Source: a virus
Direction: 5' to 3' (one strand)
Length of the DNA stretch: 64,000 nt
IMG/VR virus record: IMGVR_UViG_3300042691_047443
Span: 1-64,000 of that record
The position numbers were made by a program, and so were the translations under genes. Shown here in pieces: positions 27,131-36,445 of this stretch; position 1 is the first letter of the stretch; every line of letters starts with the position of its first letter. A model generated the notes under the pieces. The model saw only the letters and a program-made list of their open reading frames with translations. It was not told the origin of the DNA and did not search any database.

Positions 27131-28095
27131 TTGTTTAACCTCATGTTGCTGATCCATGACCAATTGTTATTATACCACTCGATAGTACGTTCCAGACCTT
27201 CCCAGAATCTAACAAGGGGACTATATCCCAACGTTATATGGATACAGTTAACGCTTGCTTGAGTGTGCATCACATCGCCCGAGCGCCATGGTGCATCGTG
27301 GCTTTTTGCATCTGGAAATCTTCCTTTAAGAAACTCAAGGATTTCTTTATTTGTTGTCCTGTCGCCGCAGGCAACATTGAAACAAGCGGCCGCAAGATCG
27401 TTATGGTGCGCTGCTGCACGCACGCAGGCATCTGTCACGTTATCAACGTAGCACATGTCTCGTGACTGTGAACCGTCTCCGTCACTGCGCATCGACATGC
27501 CTTTGTTTATGGCCGTAAGCCACGCAGAAACCGCAGTTGAATATGGAGAATCTCCCAATTGATTTGGTCCGAATACGTTGAAGAACCTCAAGGCAACTGA
27601 ATCAAGTTCGTACAGATCATAATAGATCTTCAGGTAATCTTCAATAATTGACTTCTGCAACGCATAGGGGGACTTTGGGTCCTTCTTTGTGGCTTCAACC
27701 GTTGGAAGCTTTTGAGCCCCACCATAGACAGAGGACGAAGATGCAAACACAAAGCGTTTTACGTTGTTGCGACAGGCTTCCATCAATTGAAGCGTCTTAT
27801 TTACGTTGGTTTCGTGCGTCTCAATGGGGTGTTCCACAGAATAACTCACCCGTGGTACAGCTGCGAGGTGAAAAATCACATCAAACCACTTTGACCTAAT
27901 CCTCGAAAGAACAGACTCAGAAGAAAAGTCTTCCTTTAAAAAGAGATTTGGATTGGCTGCAAAAAGAGGGGGCAAAAATTCCGTGTGACCATTTGAAAGA
28001 TCATCAACACCTGTGACATCCCAACCTTCCTTGAGACACCTTGCTACGAGGTTACTTCCGATAAAACCTGCAGCACCTGTGATCAAAACTCGCAT
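27127..28095 (-). CDS. NAD-dependent NDP-sugar 4-epimerase (extended SDR)
   Basis: GAAGFIG; HLAA; ASSSSVYG; YALQK; RFFNVFGP; SRD..YVDNV. Confidence 0.9.
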   Translation of the reverse strand: MRVLITGAAGFIGSNLVARCLKEGWDVTGVDDLSNGHTEFLPPLFAANPNLFLKEDFSSESVLSRIRSKWFDVIFHLAAVPRVSYSVEHPIETHETNVNKTLQLMEACRNNVKRFVFASSSSVYGGAQKLPTVEATKKDPKSPYALQKSIIEDYLKIYYDLYELDSVALRFFNVFGPNQLGDSPYSTAVSAWLTAINKGMSMRSDGDGSQSRDMCYVDNVTDACVRAAAHHNDLAAACFNVACGDRTTNKEILEFLKGRFPDAKSHDAPWRSGDVMHTQASVNCIHITLGYSPLVRFWEGLERTIEWYNNNWSWISNMRLNK

Positions 28096-28116
28096 CTAAA
28101 TCTCCTGAATGAAACA

Positions 28117-28145
28117 AATTTACAACAGAAAAAGCTCATGTACAC
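28117..28145 (-). promoter_or_regulatory. Sigma70-like promoter
   Basis: GTGTAC-N17-TAAATT then AGGAG RBS. Confidence 0.55.
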
Positions 28146-28150
28146 ATGAC

Positions 28151-29473
28151 TCAAAGTAGGTTCATCTTACGCATTGCATGTGTGGTTGTCGACTCATAGG
28201 AACAACGATCCCTCACAACGTTGAGCAACGGAACCATCGAATTGCACCACTCTTTTGTGCCCTTGTTTTGCTTAACGTGATCTATGAGATTGGACGCAAC
28301 TTCAACTATGTCAGAGAAATCTGACTTTGCTAGAACGGGTACTTTAAACCCAAGCTCAGATGCATCTCGAATGATTCCGGAGTATTCAAAATTATTCAAC
28401 CATAGAGGTAAACAGCCCAATTCTACACACTCTCTGGCGACAGTTCCACCATACGTGTCTTGGTCATACAGGCCTAAAGCGATGTCGACATGCGTTGCAA
28501 CAACCTTGAATTCATCACGTGTAAACGAATCAGGAACAAGAGAGACGTAACCGTTGTGACCGCACTCTGACGTAAGTTCCTCATTGGAGAACTTCTGGCT
28601 TGGGTTCCCAGCAAGAACGACGAAATCATTTCGTCTCTCATGTAAACGTGGAAGTACGTCAAACATGAATTTGCCACAATTTGTGTAATCTGACGATCTT
28701 CCTTTGCCACCGATCCGGTTTGGAACAAAGATAATTGTCTTGCCTTGCTCACGCCATCGATTGAAGACATTGGGATCAAATCGGATCCCATCAAGGTCAG
28801 GCGCGGACCTAATCTCCTCGATCGAATATCCGTCATCCCACGGTGATGATTTTGCCATTACAGCGTCCACGACGCCATCACGGAATAACTTACGTGCCTC
28901 TGCCTCAAATTCAGAAAGCGCGGACCCACATTGCCAAAAGTTCCAATCTGCCTTTAAGGCGGCCTCACATTGACCCAACCACAATGATGCATCAATCGGA
29001 AACTTGGGACAGGACGGCACATCTACAAAGTGTGAATGAACATAAAATTTAGGTTGATATCCACCTTCAAGGAGGAACATCGCCTTAAAGTTTCTAAGGT
29101 GCATCGGATCGTTGAGATACACCGCATCATATCTCACTGTAACTTCCGTCTTGTGCCTTGAAAGACCTAGTCTACGTGACAGCGAAGAAACGTCAAAGTT
29201 GTACCGAGTCGCAAGTGCATTCGGAAAAATGTCATGCTCCACGTAGTGTACACGTGAACCCCATGGAATATCAGGATTTACCTGATACGGTGTGGTGACC
29301 ACAGACCCTTCGGAAAGAAGGGGACCCATAACGTGAATCACGAGATCCGGATTCTGTTTTAGCATTTCACGGACACGACCCATGACCATCTGCCATCCAG
29401 AGTCACACTCAAGGATGAATCTGCCTCGTGTGTCATAGTTAGAAAGTTGTGTTTGAATAAGTAATTTTTTCAT
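28151..29473 (-). CDS. Putative GT-B glycosyltransferase (DNA glycosyltransferase candidate)
   Basis: Two Rossmann-like halves; IIFVPNR; DTYGGTVARECVELGCLPL donor-binding motif; gene context. Confidence 0.65.
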   Translation of the reverse strand: MKKLLIQTQLSNYDTRGRFILECDSGWQMVMGRVREMLKQNPDLVIHVMGPLLSEGSVVTTPYQVNPDIPWGSRVHYVEHDIFPNALATRYNFDVSSLSRRLGLSRHKTEVTVRYDAVYLNDPMHLRNFKAMFLLEGGYQPKFYVHSHFVDVPSCPKFPIDASLWLGQCEAALKADWNFWQCGSALSEFEAEARKLFRDGVVDAVMAKSSPWDDGYSIEEIRSAPDLDGIRFDPNVFNRWREQGKTIIFVPNRIGGKGRSSDYTNCGKFMFDVLPRLHERRNDFVVLAGNPSQKFSNEELTSECGHNGYVSLVPDSFTRDEFKVVATHVDIALGLYDQDTYGGTVARECVELGCLPLWLNNFEYSGIIRDASELGFKVPVLAKSDFSDIVEVASNLIDHVKQNKGTKEWCNSMVPLLNVVRDRCSYESTTTHAMRKMNLL

Positions 29474-29486
29474 GTGTTTCTTTGTG

Positions 29487-30029
29487 TTATCCCAGAAAAG
29501 AAATGATATCAGACACTTCTCTGTCTAGATTTTCGTCGTCGACATTCAGCTTCATATAATCACAGGCTGTGATTTCATGTAGGTATTTTTCATAGTGATC
29601 GTCTAGCTTCTGCAGGGTTTCTTGCTGAATTCTAGAATCTAGATCATCAATGATTCCTGTGTACGAACTTCTGCGACAAAAGATTATTTTTGCCCCCAAG
29701 GATGCCCACTGCTTGTCCATGTGGACAAGAAACTTCTCATCAGTCTTGCGATGAAACACGGATGAATAGACCCATTCACACGGAAAACCCCTGTCAAATA
29801 TAACTCCGTAACCGGTCTGCTTCAAAAGATCAAGTACGCGAGGATCGGCATGCCGCAATTGTGACAGAAACAATTCATTTTTGTCATCCATCGACAAAAA
29901 CGATGAATGTTCAGAGGAGGCCTTAAAATAAGGAACACTTAGTCGGACCGACAACTCTTTTGCAATCTGTGTCTTGCCACACATATCAGGACCAACCATG
30001 AACACTAAACGTTGTTTTTGTTTCAACAT
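29487..30029 (-). CDS. dNMP kinase (thymidylate kinase-like)
   Basis: P-loop GPDMCGKT; IFDRG..CEWVY. Confidence 0.85.
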   Translation of the reverse strand: MLKQKQRLVFMVGPDMCGKTQIAKELSVRLSVPYFKASSEHSSFLSMDDKNELFLSQLRHADPRVLDLLKQTGYGVIFDRGFPCEWVYSSVFHRKTDEKFLVHMDKQWASLGAKIIFCRRSSYTGIIDDLDSRIQQETLQKLDDHYEKYLHEITACDYMKLNVDDENLDREVSDIISFLG

Positions 30030-30035
30030 GAAGAT

Positions 30036-30064
30036 ATCTTAACTTAAGTTATGTCGCTGTACAC
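30036..30064 (-). promoter_or_regulatory. Sigma70-like promoter, leaderless
   Basis: GTGTAC-N17-TAAGAT-N6-ATG(30029). Confidence 0.6.
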
Positions 30065-30588
30065 ACTTCAAAATCGATGATGTGACCGTGCGTACCCGCA
30101 CCCTTCTTGACATGTCCATGTTGGGGGCAGTGAATTGTGTACTGTGCTGCGTCTGGATAGATTTTAATGATCTCTCCTGTTTCCTTTTTGCCCTTAAATG
30201 TAAAGGACACCTGATCTCCTAAAGCAAACTTTGCAGTGACCCCGTGTGCAAGAATCCAGCTATGATATACAATCTCCTTATGTGCAAGGTAACGCTGATG
30301 TGCAACGTCTTCAAGCAAGTCAACAAGATCGGCATCAGGGTCCCAGCCAGCGTGTTCCAAGTTCTTGGCGATGTGATACGCATCGTCGTCGTACTCAATC
30401 GCTGAAAAAATCTCAGCCTTTATCACCTCAAGCTCTTGAGCTGAAGGAGCCCCGCCTTCTTGGCACACCCACTGGATGATTTTTGGTGTGACGCGTTCTG
30501 AAGTGAGAGAGTTGACTTCCTTGCTAAGATAGCGAGGTCGCGGCGGAAGAGGAAGGTCATCGAATAGCTGAAGTTGCATACCTTTCAT
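30049..30588 (-). CDS. Hypothetical protein with C-terminal KOW/SH3-like segment
   Basis: 179 aa; FALGDQV...GEII. Confidence 0.65.
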   Translation of the reverse strand: MKGMQLQLFDDLPLPPRPRYLSKEVNSLTSERVTPKIIQWVCQEGGAPSAQELEVIKAEIFSAIEYDDDAYHIAKNLEHAGWDPDADLVDLLEDVAHQRYLAHKEIVYHSWILAHGVTAKFALGDQVSFTFKGKKETGEIIKIYPDAAQYTIHCPQHGHVKKGAGTHGHIIDFEVCTAT

Positions 30589-30620
30589 AGGTTAATCCTT
30601 TAACAGGTCGTATAAAGATT

Positions 30621-30809
30621 TCACTTTTTATTTCCATAACCATCAGCGTACCACCCACCGCCTTGCAGGAGGAAACCTGAGCCCCCCGTGATGAGCCTGT
30701 TCCGAGTCTCTGAACCGCACTTTGGACACGTGGCTCGAGCTTCTTCTTTCATCGACTGATTCACTTCAAACTGATTTTCGCATGCATCACATTTATAATC
30801 GTACTTCAC
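30621..30809 (-). CDS. FmdB-family zinc-ribbon protein
   Basis: YDYKCDAC...FE..Q......CPKCG....RLI......L.GGGWY..GY; GTGA overlap with the dnaE stop. Confidence 0.85.
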   Translation of the reverse strand: MKYDYKCDACENQFEVNQSMKEEARATCPKCGSETRNRLITGGSGFLLQGGGWYADGYGNKK

Positions 30810-33800
30810 GTTATCTTCCTCATTTTCCATTGGGATGTTGAAAGTCCAAAATCATCTCTCTTGACTTCTGCACAGAACAAGGTAAATGCATCAGGCAGGT
30901 CCTTTTGCCCCCAAACTGTCACTCGTTGAACCTTGCCTGTAGGGCCTGCAACATAGATTTGGACGTATTCCTTTCCTGCCTTTGAGGATTTTTTGATACC
31001 TGTCACAGGCGTTGCTCCCTTCTTCGGGGAAGTTGGAGATACAACCATCCAACACAATTGCGGATCTCCTTGTTCAACCTCTTCGATCGATTTGATGCCC
31101 CTTGTTTCAAAGGCGTTCAACACATTTGAATCTATCAGGCTGATGATGTCAATCGCACCAAACACCTCCACCATGTTTTGCGCCCTCTCCGTCGGAGACC
31201 ATTCCTCTACGGAAGAATTTTGCCTCAGTAAGTTGTAAAAATTCTTGAGTCCTTCGTGAGGATCAGACTTTGTCGAGCGTTTGATGAGTGCCGAGTGATC
31301 AAATTCAACATCCTCCGTGACTTCAATTCCCTTCTTTTTCCTTGTCACGGACTCAACATGCGATCCAAGCAAGGTTTGGTACATGTGATTGTAGTTGTTA
31401 AATAACATACCTTCACCAACCATGTTCATGGAGTCAAAAGCCCCAATCTTTATCAGGGCCTCAAGCGCCTTCTTGTTGAACTTACTGTGTCTCCATTCAA
31501 AGTTTTTGTCCCACAGCAGCTCTTCAATCGTAGAATAGGGCCGATTTTGGACAATCTCTTCAAGAGCGGAAGAACCGACACCCTTACACGATGTCATAGA
31601 AGGCATCAATCTTCTTCCCGGAAGAACTGTCCAACCAGACGTCGCAAGATTGATATCGATTGGTACGATCTGATAACCCAGAGACTTTACCTCACCGAAG
31701 GCTTTGGCACGCGACTCCGGGTTGTTTGACATTGACTCAAGGTATGCGGAAATCCACTCCTCCTCGTGGTAGGTGAGCAACCATGCACACCAAAACGAAT
31801 CAATTGCGTATGCAACTGCATGTGCCTGATTGAAACCGTATCCCGAGAAATACAGAATCTTGTCGTAGAGGTTGTTTGCCACAGGTTCAAGGTAACCATT
31901 TTTTACGCAACCAATCACAAAGCTCGATCGCGTCTCCTCTGCTGCTTTCTTTGCTGCCTCGCCCCCTGAGATAGAACGCTTCATGATGGCTCGACGAACC
32001 TCATCGCACTGCTCCTTAGGGAATCCGGCACACTTCTCTGCCAACTCCATGACCTGTTCCTGGAAGATGATCAGGCCTCGTGTCTTTTCCAGGATTTTGT
32101 TGATTCTTTGATCACCCCATTCGTACTCTTTTCCTTCCCTTGCCTCAAGGTACAGCTTGTCCACGTTTGCAGCAAGAGGACCCGGTCGATAGATTGACGT
32201 CAGCGCCGCAATGTCAATGATGCTCTTTGGTTTTGCCTTCACAAAGAGTTTCTGCGCGCCTTGAGACGTCAGCTGGAAGATACCAGACCACTTTGCTTTT
32301 TCATATACCTCATAAGGTTTTGGGTCATTGAAATCGATCTTACTGGGGGCCATGTGTTCGTCATACCATGCCCTGATGTCGGAAAACGTGGGATTCTGAT
32401 TCCCGCCCTTGCGAAGGACCAATTCAATTGTCCTTTCAATCAAACGAAGGGTCTCAAGGCCGAGAAGGTCGTACTTGATGAAGTTGCCAATATATTCTAG
32501 GTGTTTAAAATTTACCCCTTCGACCCATGGAGACTGTGGCTCACCACCGGATGTGATGAGTGGCATCTTTCGTGGAAGATCATCTGCGATGAGAACGCCG
32601 CCTGCGTGGCGACCCAGTGAACGATTCTGTTTGAAGAGAATCTTGATGGATTCGGCAACGTGTGGATACTTGTCGATGAAGTCCTTGAAAGTAGGAGAGT
32701 GGGCGTATGCATCATCATATTGCAGCACGAAAAGGTTTTTGTCATCGCCATGCTTCGTGGTCGCCCTTCTTACGTCCTCCTCAACCGTCTTTGTTGCTGC
32801 ATTTACCTCTTCAAAGGGAATTCCGTAAAACTTGCTTACGTCCTTGACGAGACTTTTCACCTTGAAGGTGTTGTAGTTCGAGATAGGAACCACGTTGTCA
32901 AATCCGAAGTAGTTTCGCAACTGTTCAAGGACCTTATCTCTGTCGGCAAGGTCGGTATCAATGTCAGGTGCACCTTTACGATACACCGAGAGAAAACGGC
33001 TGAAAGGCAAGTCCCAAAAGACAGGATCAAGGTCTGTAATGTACAGTACGTAATTGACTAGAGAACCTCCTCCCGATCCACGTCCGGGGCCGACAAGGCA
33101 CACTTTTCTCGCAAGTTCAATGATTTTCTGGTACGAGATGAAATAGTCTGCGTTCTTCATCGTCTTGATGACGCCTAGTTCTTCACGTAAACGCTCGATG
33201 TACTCAGGCTTATCCTGTAATCCTCGCTTCACCATTCCTTCCTTACAGAGGGAAACAAGGTGATTGAACGAAGAAATGTCTTTGGGAACCAACCTTTGGG
33301 TTGGAAACTTGGAGGTCCTGTCTGGCGGCACTTCGCCGATAACGTGATGCGCGATGTCGTGAGAGCGTTCGATGGCCTCCAGCACCTCATCATCATCGTA
33401 AAAGCCTGTCTCCTCCTTAGAGCGGAGGTACTCCTCCCATACCTGAGAGGCGTTCTTGGGGTACAGCTCACACTTCAGATCATCCTTTGACTTGGGGAGA
33501 GAATCTGGGCTGTACGTGGTGTAGTTCATGAACCCGAGCTTCTTATACAGCTCACGCTCTTTCCACAGCTCGGGCCGGTGGTAGTGCGAATCGCAGGTTA
33601 CCACGAGCTGTTTAGTTGTCCCCGTACGACGTGCAAACTCGAGAATCGCACGATTGACAAGGTTCTGAGCGGGAAGCCTATTGAACTGCAACTCGAGAAA
33701 GTAATTCTCTCGACCCACCGCAGAGGTCATCATGTCGTACACATTGCCGATGGCATTTACGCACTTATTCAAGAGGACGGCGTCATCAAGCAACTTCTCG

Positions 33801-34498
33801 TTCAGGTTGTCAAAAGCCACTCTCTGCAACTCTTGAAAGACAACCCAGGACGGAAAACCACCGAGGCAAGCGGAGGAAACAACAATATCACCGTTTTTTC
33901 CAGCCTCACGCAGCATACCGAGATCCATTCGAGGAAACCTATAAAAGCCATGTAGATATGACTTAGAGGTTGCCTCGAACAGAGACAGGAGACCACGCTG
34001 GTTCTTCGGTAGGATCACCATGTGATGGCGTCGATTCACTGGATTAAAGTGCTTCGTCGACTTTGACTCGTCCTCATTCTCAATGGTGAGAGCGTTTGTA
34101 GTCTCAATCTCTTCTGTCTCATCCTCAGAGTCCACCCGAGCGATGATCCTCGTCTTCAGGTCTTCCTGTTGCTTCTGCAACTTTGAAGCAGCCTTCTTGT
34201 CGATGGCGGCCTGATCAGCCAGATCCTTGTCACGCTGCCACTGGGCAAGATCTGGGTGGAAGTACGCCTCGATTCCAGGAATGTACTTAAACTTTCCCTT
34301 GTCGGAAGAATTCCACTTTTCTACCCAAAGCTGGGCGTGTGCATATGAATTAAAGTTACCGTGTTCAGTGAGAGCATGGGCGTCAAGGCCGTTCTCCATG
34401 CACCAAGTAAAATGCTCATCAGGATAGCCTAAGCCGTCAAAGGGGCTGAAGCCTGAATGACCGTGAAGGCCGACGAAACGATTGGGTGTGCGAGACAT
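30806..34498 (-). CDS. dnaE: DNA polymerase III alpha subunit (family C)
   Basis: PHP motifs HGHS..S..DG, TEHG, DSHY; GRGSGGGSLV.Y.L.IT..DP; PDIDTD; HAGGV; KYDLLGL; RPGP; YGFNQAHAVAY. Confidence 0.96.
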   Translation of the reverse strand: MSRTPNRFVGLHGHSGFSPFDGLGYPDEHFTWCMENGLDAHALTEHGNFNSYAHAQLWVEKWNSSDKGKFKYIPGIEAYFHPDLAQWQRDKDLADQAAIDKKAASKLQKQQEDLKTRIIARVDSEDETEEIETTNALTIENEDESKSTKHFNPVNRRHHMVILPKNQRGLLSLFEATSKSYLHGFYRFPRMDLGMLREAGKNGDIVVSSACLGGFPSWVVFQELQRVAFDNLNEKLLDDAVLLNKCVNAIGNVYDMMTSAVGRENYFLELQFNRLPAQNLVNRAILEFARRTGTTKQLVVTCDSHYHRPELWKERELYKKLGFMNYTTYSPDSLPKSKDDLKCELYPKNASQVWEEYLRSKEETGFYDDDEVLEAIERSHDIAHHVIGEVPPDRTSKFPTQRLVPKDISSFNHLVSLCKEGMVKRGLQDKPEYIERLREELGVIKTMKNADYFISYQKIIELARKVCLVGPGRGSGGGSLVNYVLYITDLDPVFWDLPFSRFLSVYRKGAPDIDTDLADRDKVLEQLRNYFGFDNVVPISNYNTFKVKSLVKDVSKFYGIPFEEVNAATKTVEEDVRRATTKHGDDKNLFVLQYDDAYAHSPTFKDFIDKYPHVAESIKILFKQNRSLGRHAGGVLIADDLPRKMPLITSGGEPQSPWVEGVNFKHLEYIGNFIKYDLLGLETLRLIERTIELVLRKGGNQNPTFSDIRAWYDEHMAPSKIDFNDPKPYEVYEKAKWSGIFQLTSQGAQKLFVKAKPKSIIDIAALTSIYRPGPLAANVDKLYLEAREGKEYEWGDQRINKILEKTRGLIIFQEQVMELAEKCAGFPKEQCDEVRRAIMKRSISGGEAAKKAAEETRSSFVIGCVKNGYLEPVANNLYDKILYFSGYGFNQAHAVAYAIDSFWCAWLLTYHEEEWISAYLESMSNNPESRAKAFGEVKSLGYQIVPIDINLATSGWTVLPGRRLMPSMTSCKGVGSSALEEIVQNRPYSTIEELLWDKNFEWRHSKFNKKALEALIKIGAFDSMNMVGEGMLFNNYNHMYQTLLGSHVESVTRKKKGIEVTEDVEFDHSALIKRSTKSDPHEGLKNFYNLLRQNSSVEEWSPTERAQNMVEVFGAIDIISLIDSNVLNAFETRGIKSIEEVEQGDPQLCWMVVSPTSPKKGATPVTGIKKSSKAGKEYVQIYVAGPTGKVQRVTVWGQKDLPDAFTLFCAEVKRDDFGLSTSQWKMRKIT

Positions 34499-34504
34499 GT
34501 GCCA

Positions 34505-34534
34505 ATCATAACTTGTGTCAATGCTAGTTTACAC
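34505..34534 (-). promoter_or_regulatory. Sigma70-like promoter, leaderless
   Basis: GTGTAA-N18-TATGAT-N6-ATG(34498). Confidence 0.65.
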
Positions 34535-35531
34535 TAGAAAGTTCTTCCATGAACCACTTGATCGTACGACGGACCCCTTCCTCAAGGTCTACGGTGGGTT
34601 CCCATCCAAGAATCTCTTTTGCACGAGAAATGTCAGGTCTTCTCTGAAGAGGATCATCCTTGGGCAGGGGCATGTTGATCAATTCGGGTTTTGTCGCACC
34701 ATACAACAGGCGATTCACGAGGAGGGCAAGATCCATTACTGTGAACTCTGCGGGATTTCCAAGATTGATCGGCCCCCCTGGATTTTTCGACAGTCCTGCG
34801 AGTGTCGTGATGCCCCTGATCAAATCAGACACATAGCAAAAACTTCGGGTCTGCTTTCCACCGCCGTAGATGGTGTATGGCTGCCTCTTCAAGGCCTGAA
34901 CAATGAAATTACTGACGACTCGACCGTCAAGGGGATCCATGTTTTCGCCGTACGTGTTGAATATCCTGACGAGTCTTGCATCAACACCGTGCTTGTGCAG
35001 ATAATCGTAACACAAGGCCTCAGCGGCGCGCTTTCCTTCATCGTAACAGGATCTTGGGCCATATGAATTGACGTTTCCCTTGTAGGATTCCGACTGTGGC
35101 GAGACGTCTGGGTCTCCGTACACTTCAGACGTTGACGCGTGAACAAACACAGAATTGTGCTTTCGAGCAACATCCAGTATGTTTACGGTGCCTGCGGTAC
35201 AGGTAAGAAGCGTCTCGACGGGAATCTCCTGATATCTAGGAGGTGACGCAGGACACGCAAAGTTGTATATCAGGTCGATTTTTCCACCGTTTGTAGTAAT
35301 GAAATCATCAACTGCCGCGACGACGTCAAGTGTTGAACATATGTCAACTTTTCGAATCATTGCACGTTCAGGACTGTACATCTTGCGCACAAACATCGAA
35401 TGATGAGAATCTTCTCGGGAGGAGGAATAGTTGTCAAGTCCTAACACATTGTCACCAGCCTTTAAGTGATGAATCGTGAGATGACTTCCGAGAAAACCAG
35501 CCGCACCAGTGATCATAACATTCTTACCCAT
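34524..35531 (-). CDS. UDP-glucuronate decarboxylase (UDP-xylose synthase)
   Basis: GAAGFLG; ACPASPPRYQ; ASTSEVYGDP; GNVN..GPRSCYDEGKR; RIFNTYG; DGRVVSNFIVQAL; QTRSFCYVSD; DDP..RRPDI. Confidence 0.92.
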   Translation of the reverse strand: MGKNVMITGAAGFLGSHLTIHHLKAGDNVLGLDNYSSSREDSHHSMFVRKMYSPERAMIRKVDICSTLDVVAAVDDFITTNGGKIDLIYNFACPASPPRYQEIPVETLLTCTAGTVNILDVARKHNSVFVHASTSEVYGDPDVSPQSESYKGNVNSYGPRSCYDEGKRAAEALCYDYLHKHGVDARLVRIFNTYGENMDPLDGRVVSNFIVQALKRQPYTIYGGGKQTRSFCYVSDLIRGITTLAGLSKNPGGPINLGNPAEFTVMDLALLVNRLLYGATKPELINMPLPKDDPLQRRPDISRAKEILGWEPTVDLEEGVRRTIKWFMEELSSVN

Positions 35532-35567
35532 AACCATCCTTTGCTCAAGATTAAAGAGCGCAAAATT

Positions 35568-35596
35568 ACTATATAATAAGTGTACAATGTGTACAA
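35568..35596 (-). promoter_or_regulatory. Sigma70-like promoter
   Basis: TTGTAC-N17-TATAGT. Confidence 0.55.
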
Positions 35597-35605
35597 GGAA
35601 CAAAC

Positions 35606-35887
35606 ATGAACAATCAAAGGCTCAATGAAAGTGATGTCACGTACTACAATCAAATTCTGACCGAGAGGTTTGGAAGACCTATCGGTGATTCACCCTCAAC
35701 CGTCGGAGTCCCAGATGAACGTGAGGAACTCACGGAGAAGAAAAAAGGCCCATCAAAGAAGACAGCGAGAAAGATCTTGAAGGGAACCAAGACCTTTAAA
35801 GACAAGGTTAAAAAAGTGTCTTCTTGGGCAGAAGATCCAGAGGCCATGGCCGGTTGGTTGATGAAACGTGCGGACTACAAGAAGTAA
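35606..35887 (+). CDS. Small basic hypothetical protein
   Basis: AAGGA RBS; LNE and two LTE motifs; Lys-rich C-terminus. Confidence 0.65.
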   Translation: MNNQRLNESDVTYYNQILTERFGRPIGDSPSTVGVPDEREELTEKKKGPSKKTARKILKGTKTFKDKVKKVSSWAEDPEAMAGWLMKRADYKK

Positions 35888-35890
35888 TGA

Positions 35891-36445
35891 TCAACTCATA
35901 CAGCGCTGCTTGAGCAAGTACACGTGAGATTCGTGCTTATCCTCAATGCCTGCAATCATATTATCGAGACCACGTGTAAGAAGTCCGCATTCCTTGAGAC
36001 ATTCAACGAGGTGAGCGGCAACCTTAAGGAAGGTCATTTCCACCTGATAAGATCGACGTATCAGTTCCGAAGTCTGCGCAACTGTCGATGTAGGACCATA
36101 GTTTTGAACCAATTTATTACACTGAGCTGTGACAAGGCCAATGTCTACGTTATGTATCGAACCTAGGCCCACAACTTTCTCGGCCACCATGTCGATTTCG
36201 TCCTCAATACATTCGTACAACCTAGAAAACAGGAGGTGGTCGCCATAAAATGGATCGCCTTTTGCAATCCAGTGATGTGTATGATGAACCTTATTCAAGA
36301 ACTGAAGATAGGATAGAAGTACAGAGAGTTCAGCGTAACGAACCCCTCCCCACTCAGCGATCATGTTATCAACTACAATTCCAGTGTTGGGCTCGACCAC
36401 TAGCGATAACTCAAACGTCTCTTTTAAGGTTCTTCTCTTCATCAC
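35891..36445 (-). CDS. Dps/ferritin-like protein
   Basis: HHWIAKG..FYGDHLLFSRLY....DEID..AEK...LG; HE.H.YLL. Confidence 0.85.
   Translation of the reverse strand: MMKRRTLKETFELSLVVEPNTGIVVDNMIAEWGGVRYAELSVLLSYLQFLNKVHHTHHWIAKGDPFYGDHLLFSRLYECIEDEIDMVAEKVVGLGSIHNVDIGLVTAQCNKLVQNYGPTSTVAQTSELIRRSYQVEMTFLKVAAHLVECLKECGLLTRGLDNMIAGIEDKHESHVYLLKQRCMS

Noticed and set aside
26366-27163. Ordinary thymidylate synthase ThyA
   Set aside because: Motifs match T4 gp42 (DFMCT, ND) and not ThyA (LPPCH, PFN), and ThyX is present separately
27127-35531. Host-like LPS or capsule biosynthesis cluster
   Set aside because: No flippase, polymerase or export genes, and the sugar genes are interleaved with dCMP hydroxymethylase, dNMP kinase and dnaE; protein or surface glycosylation is not fully excluded
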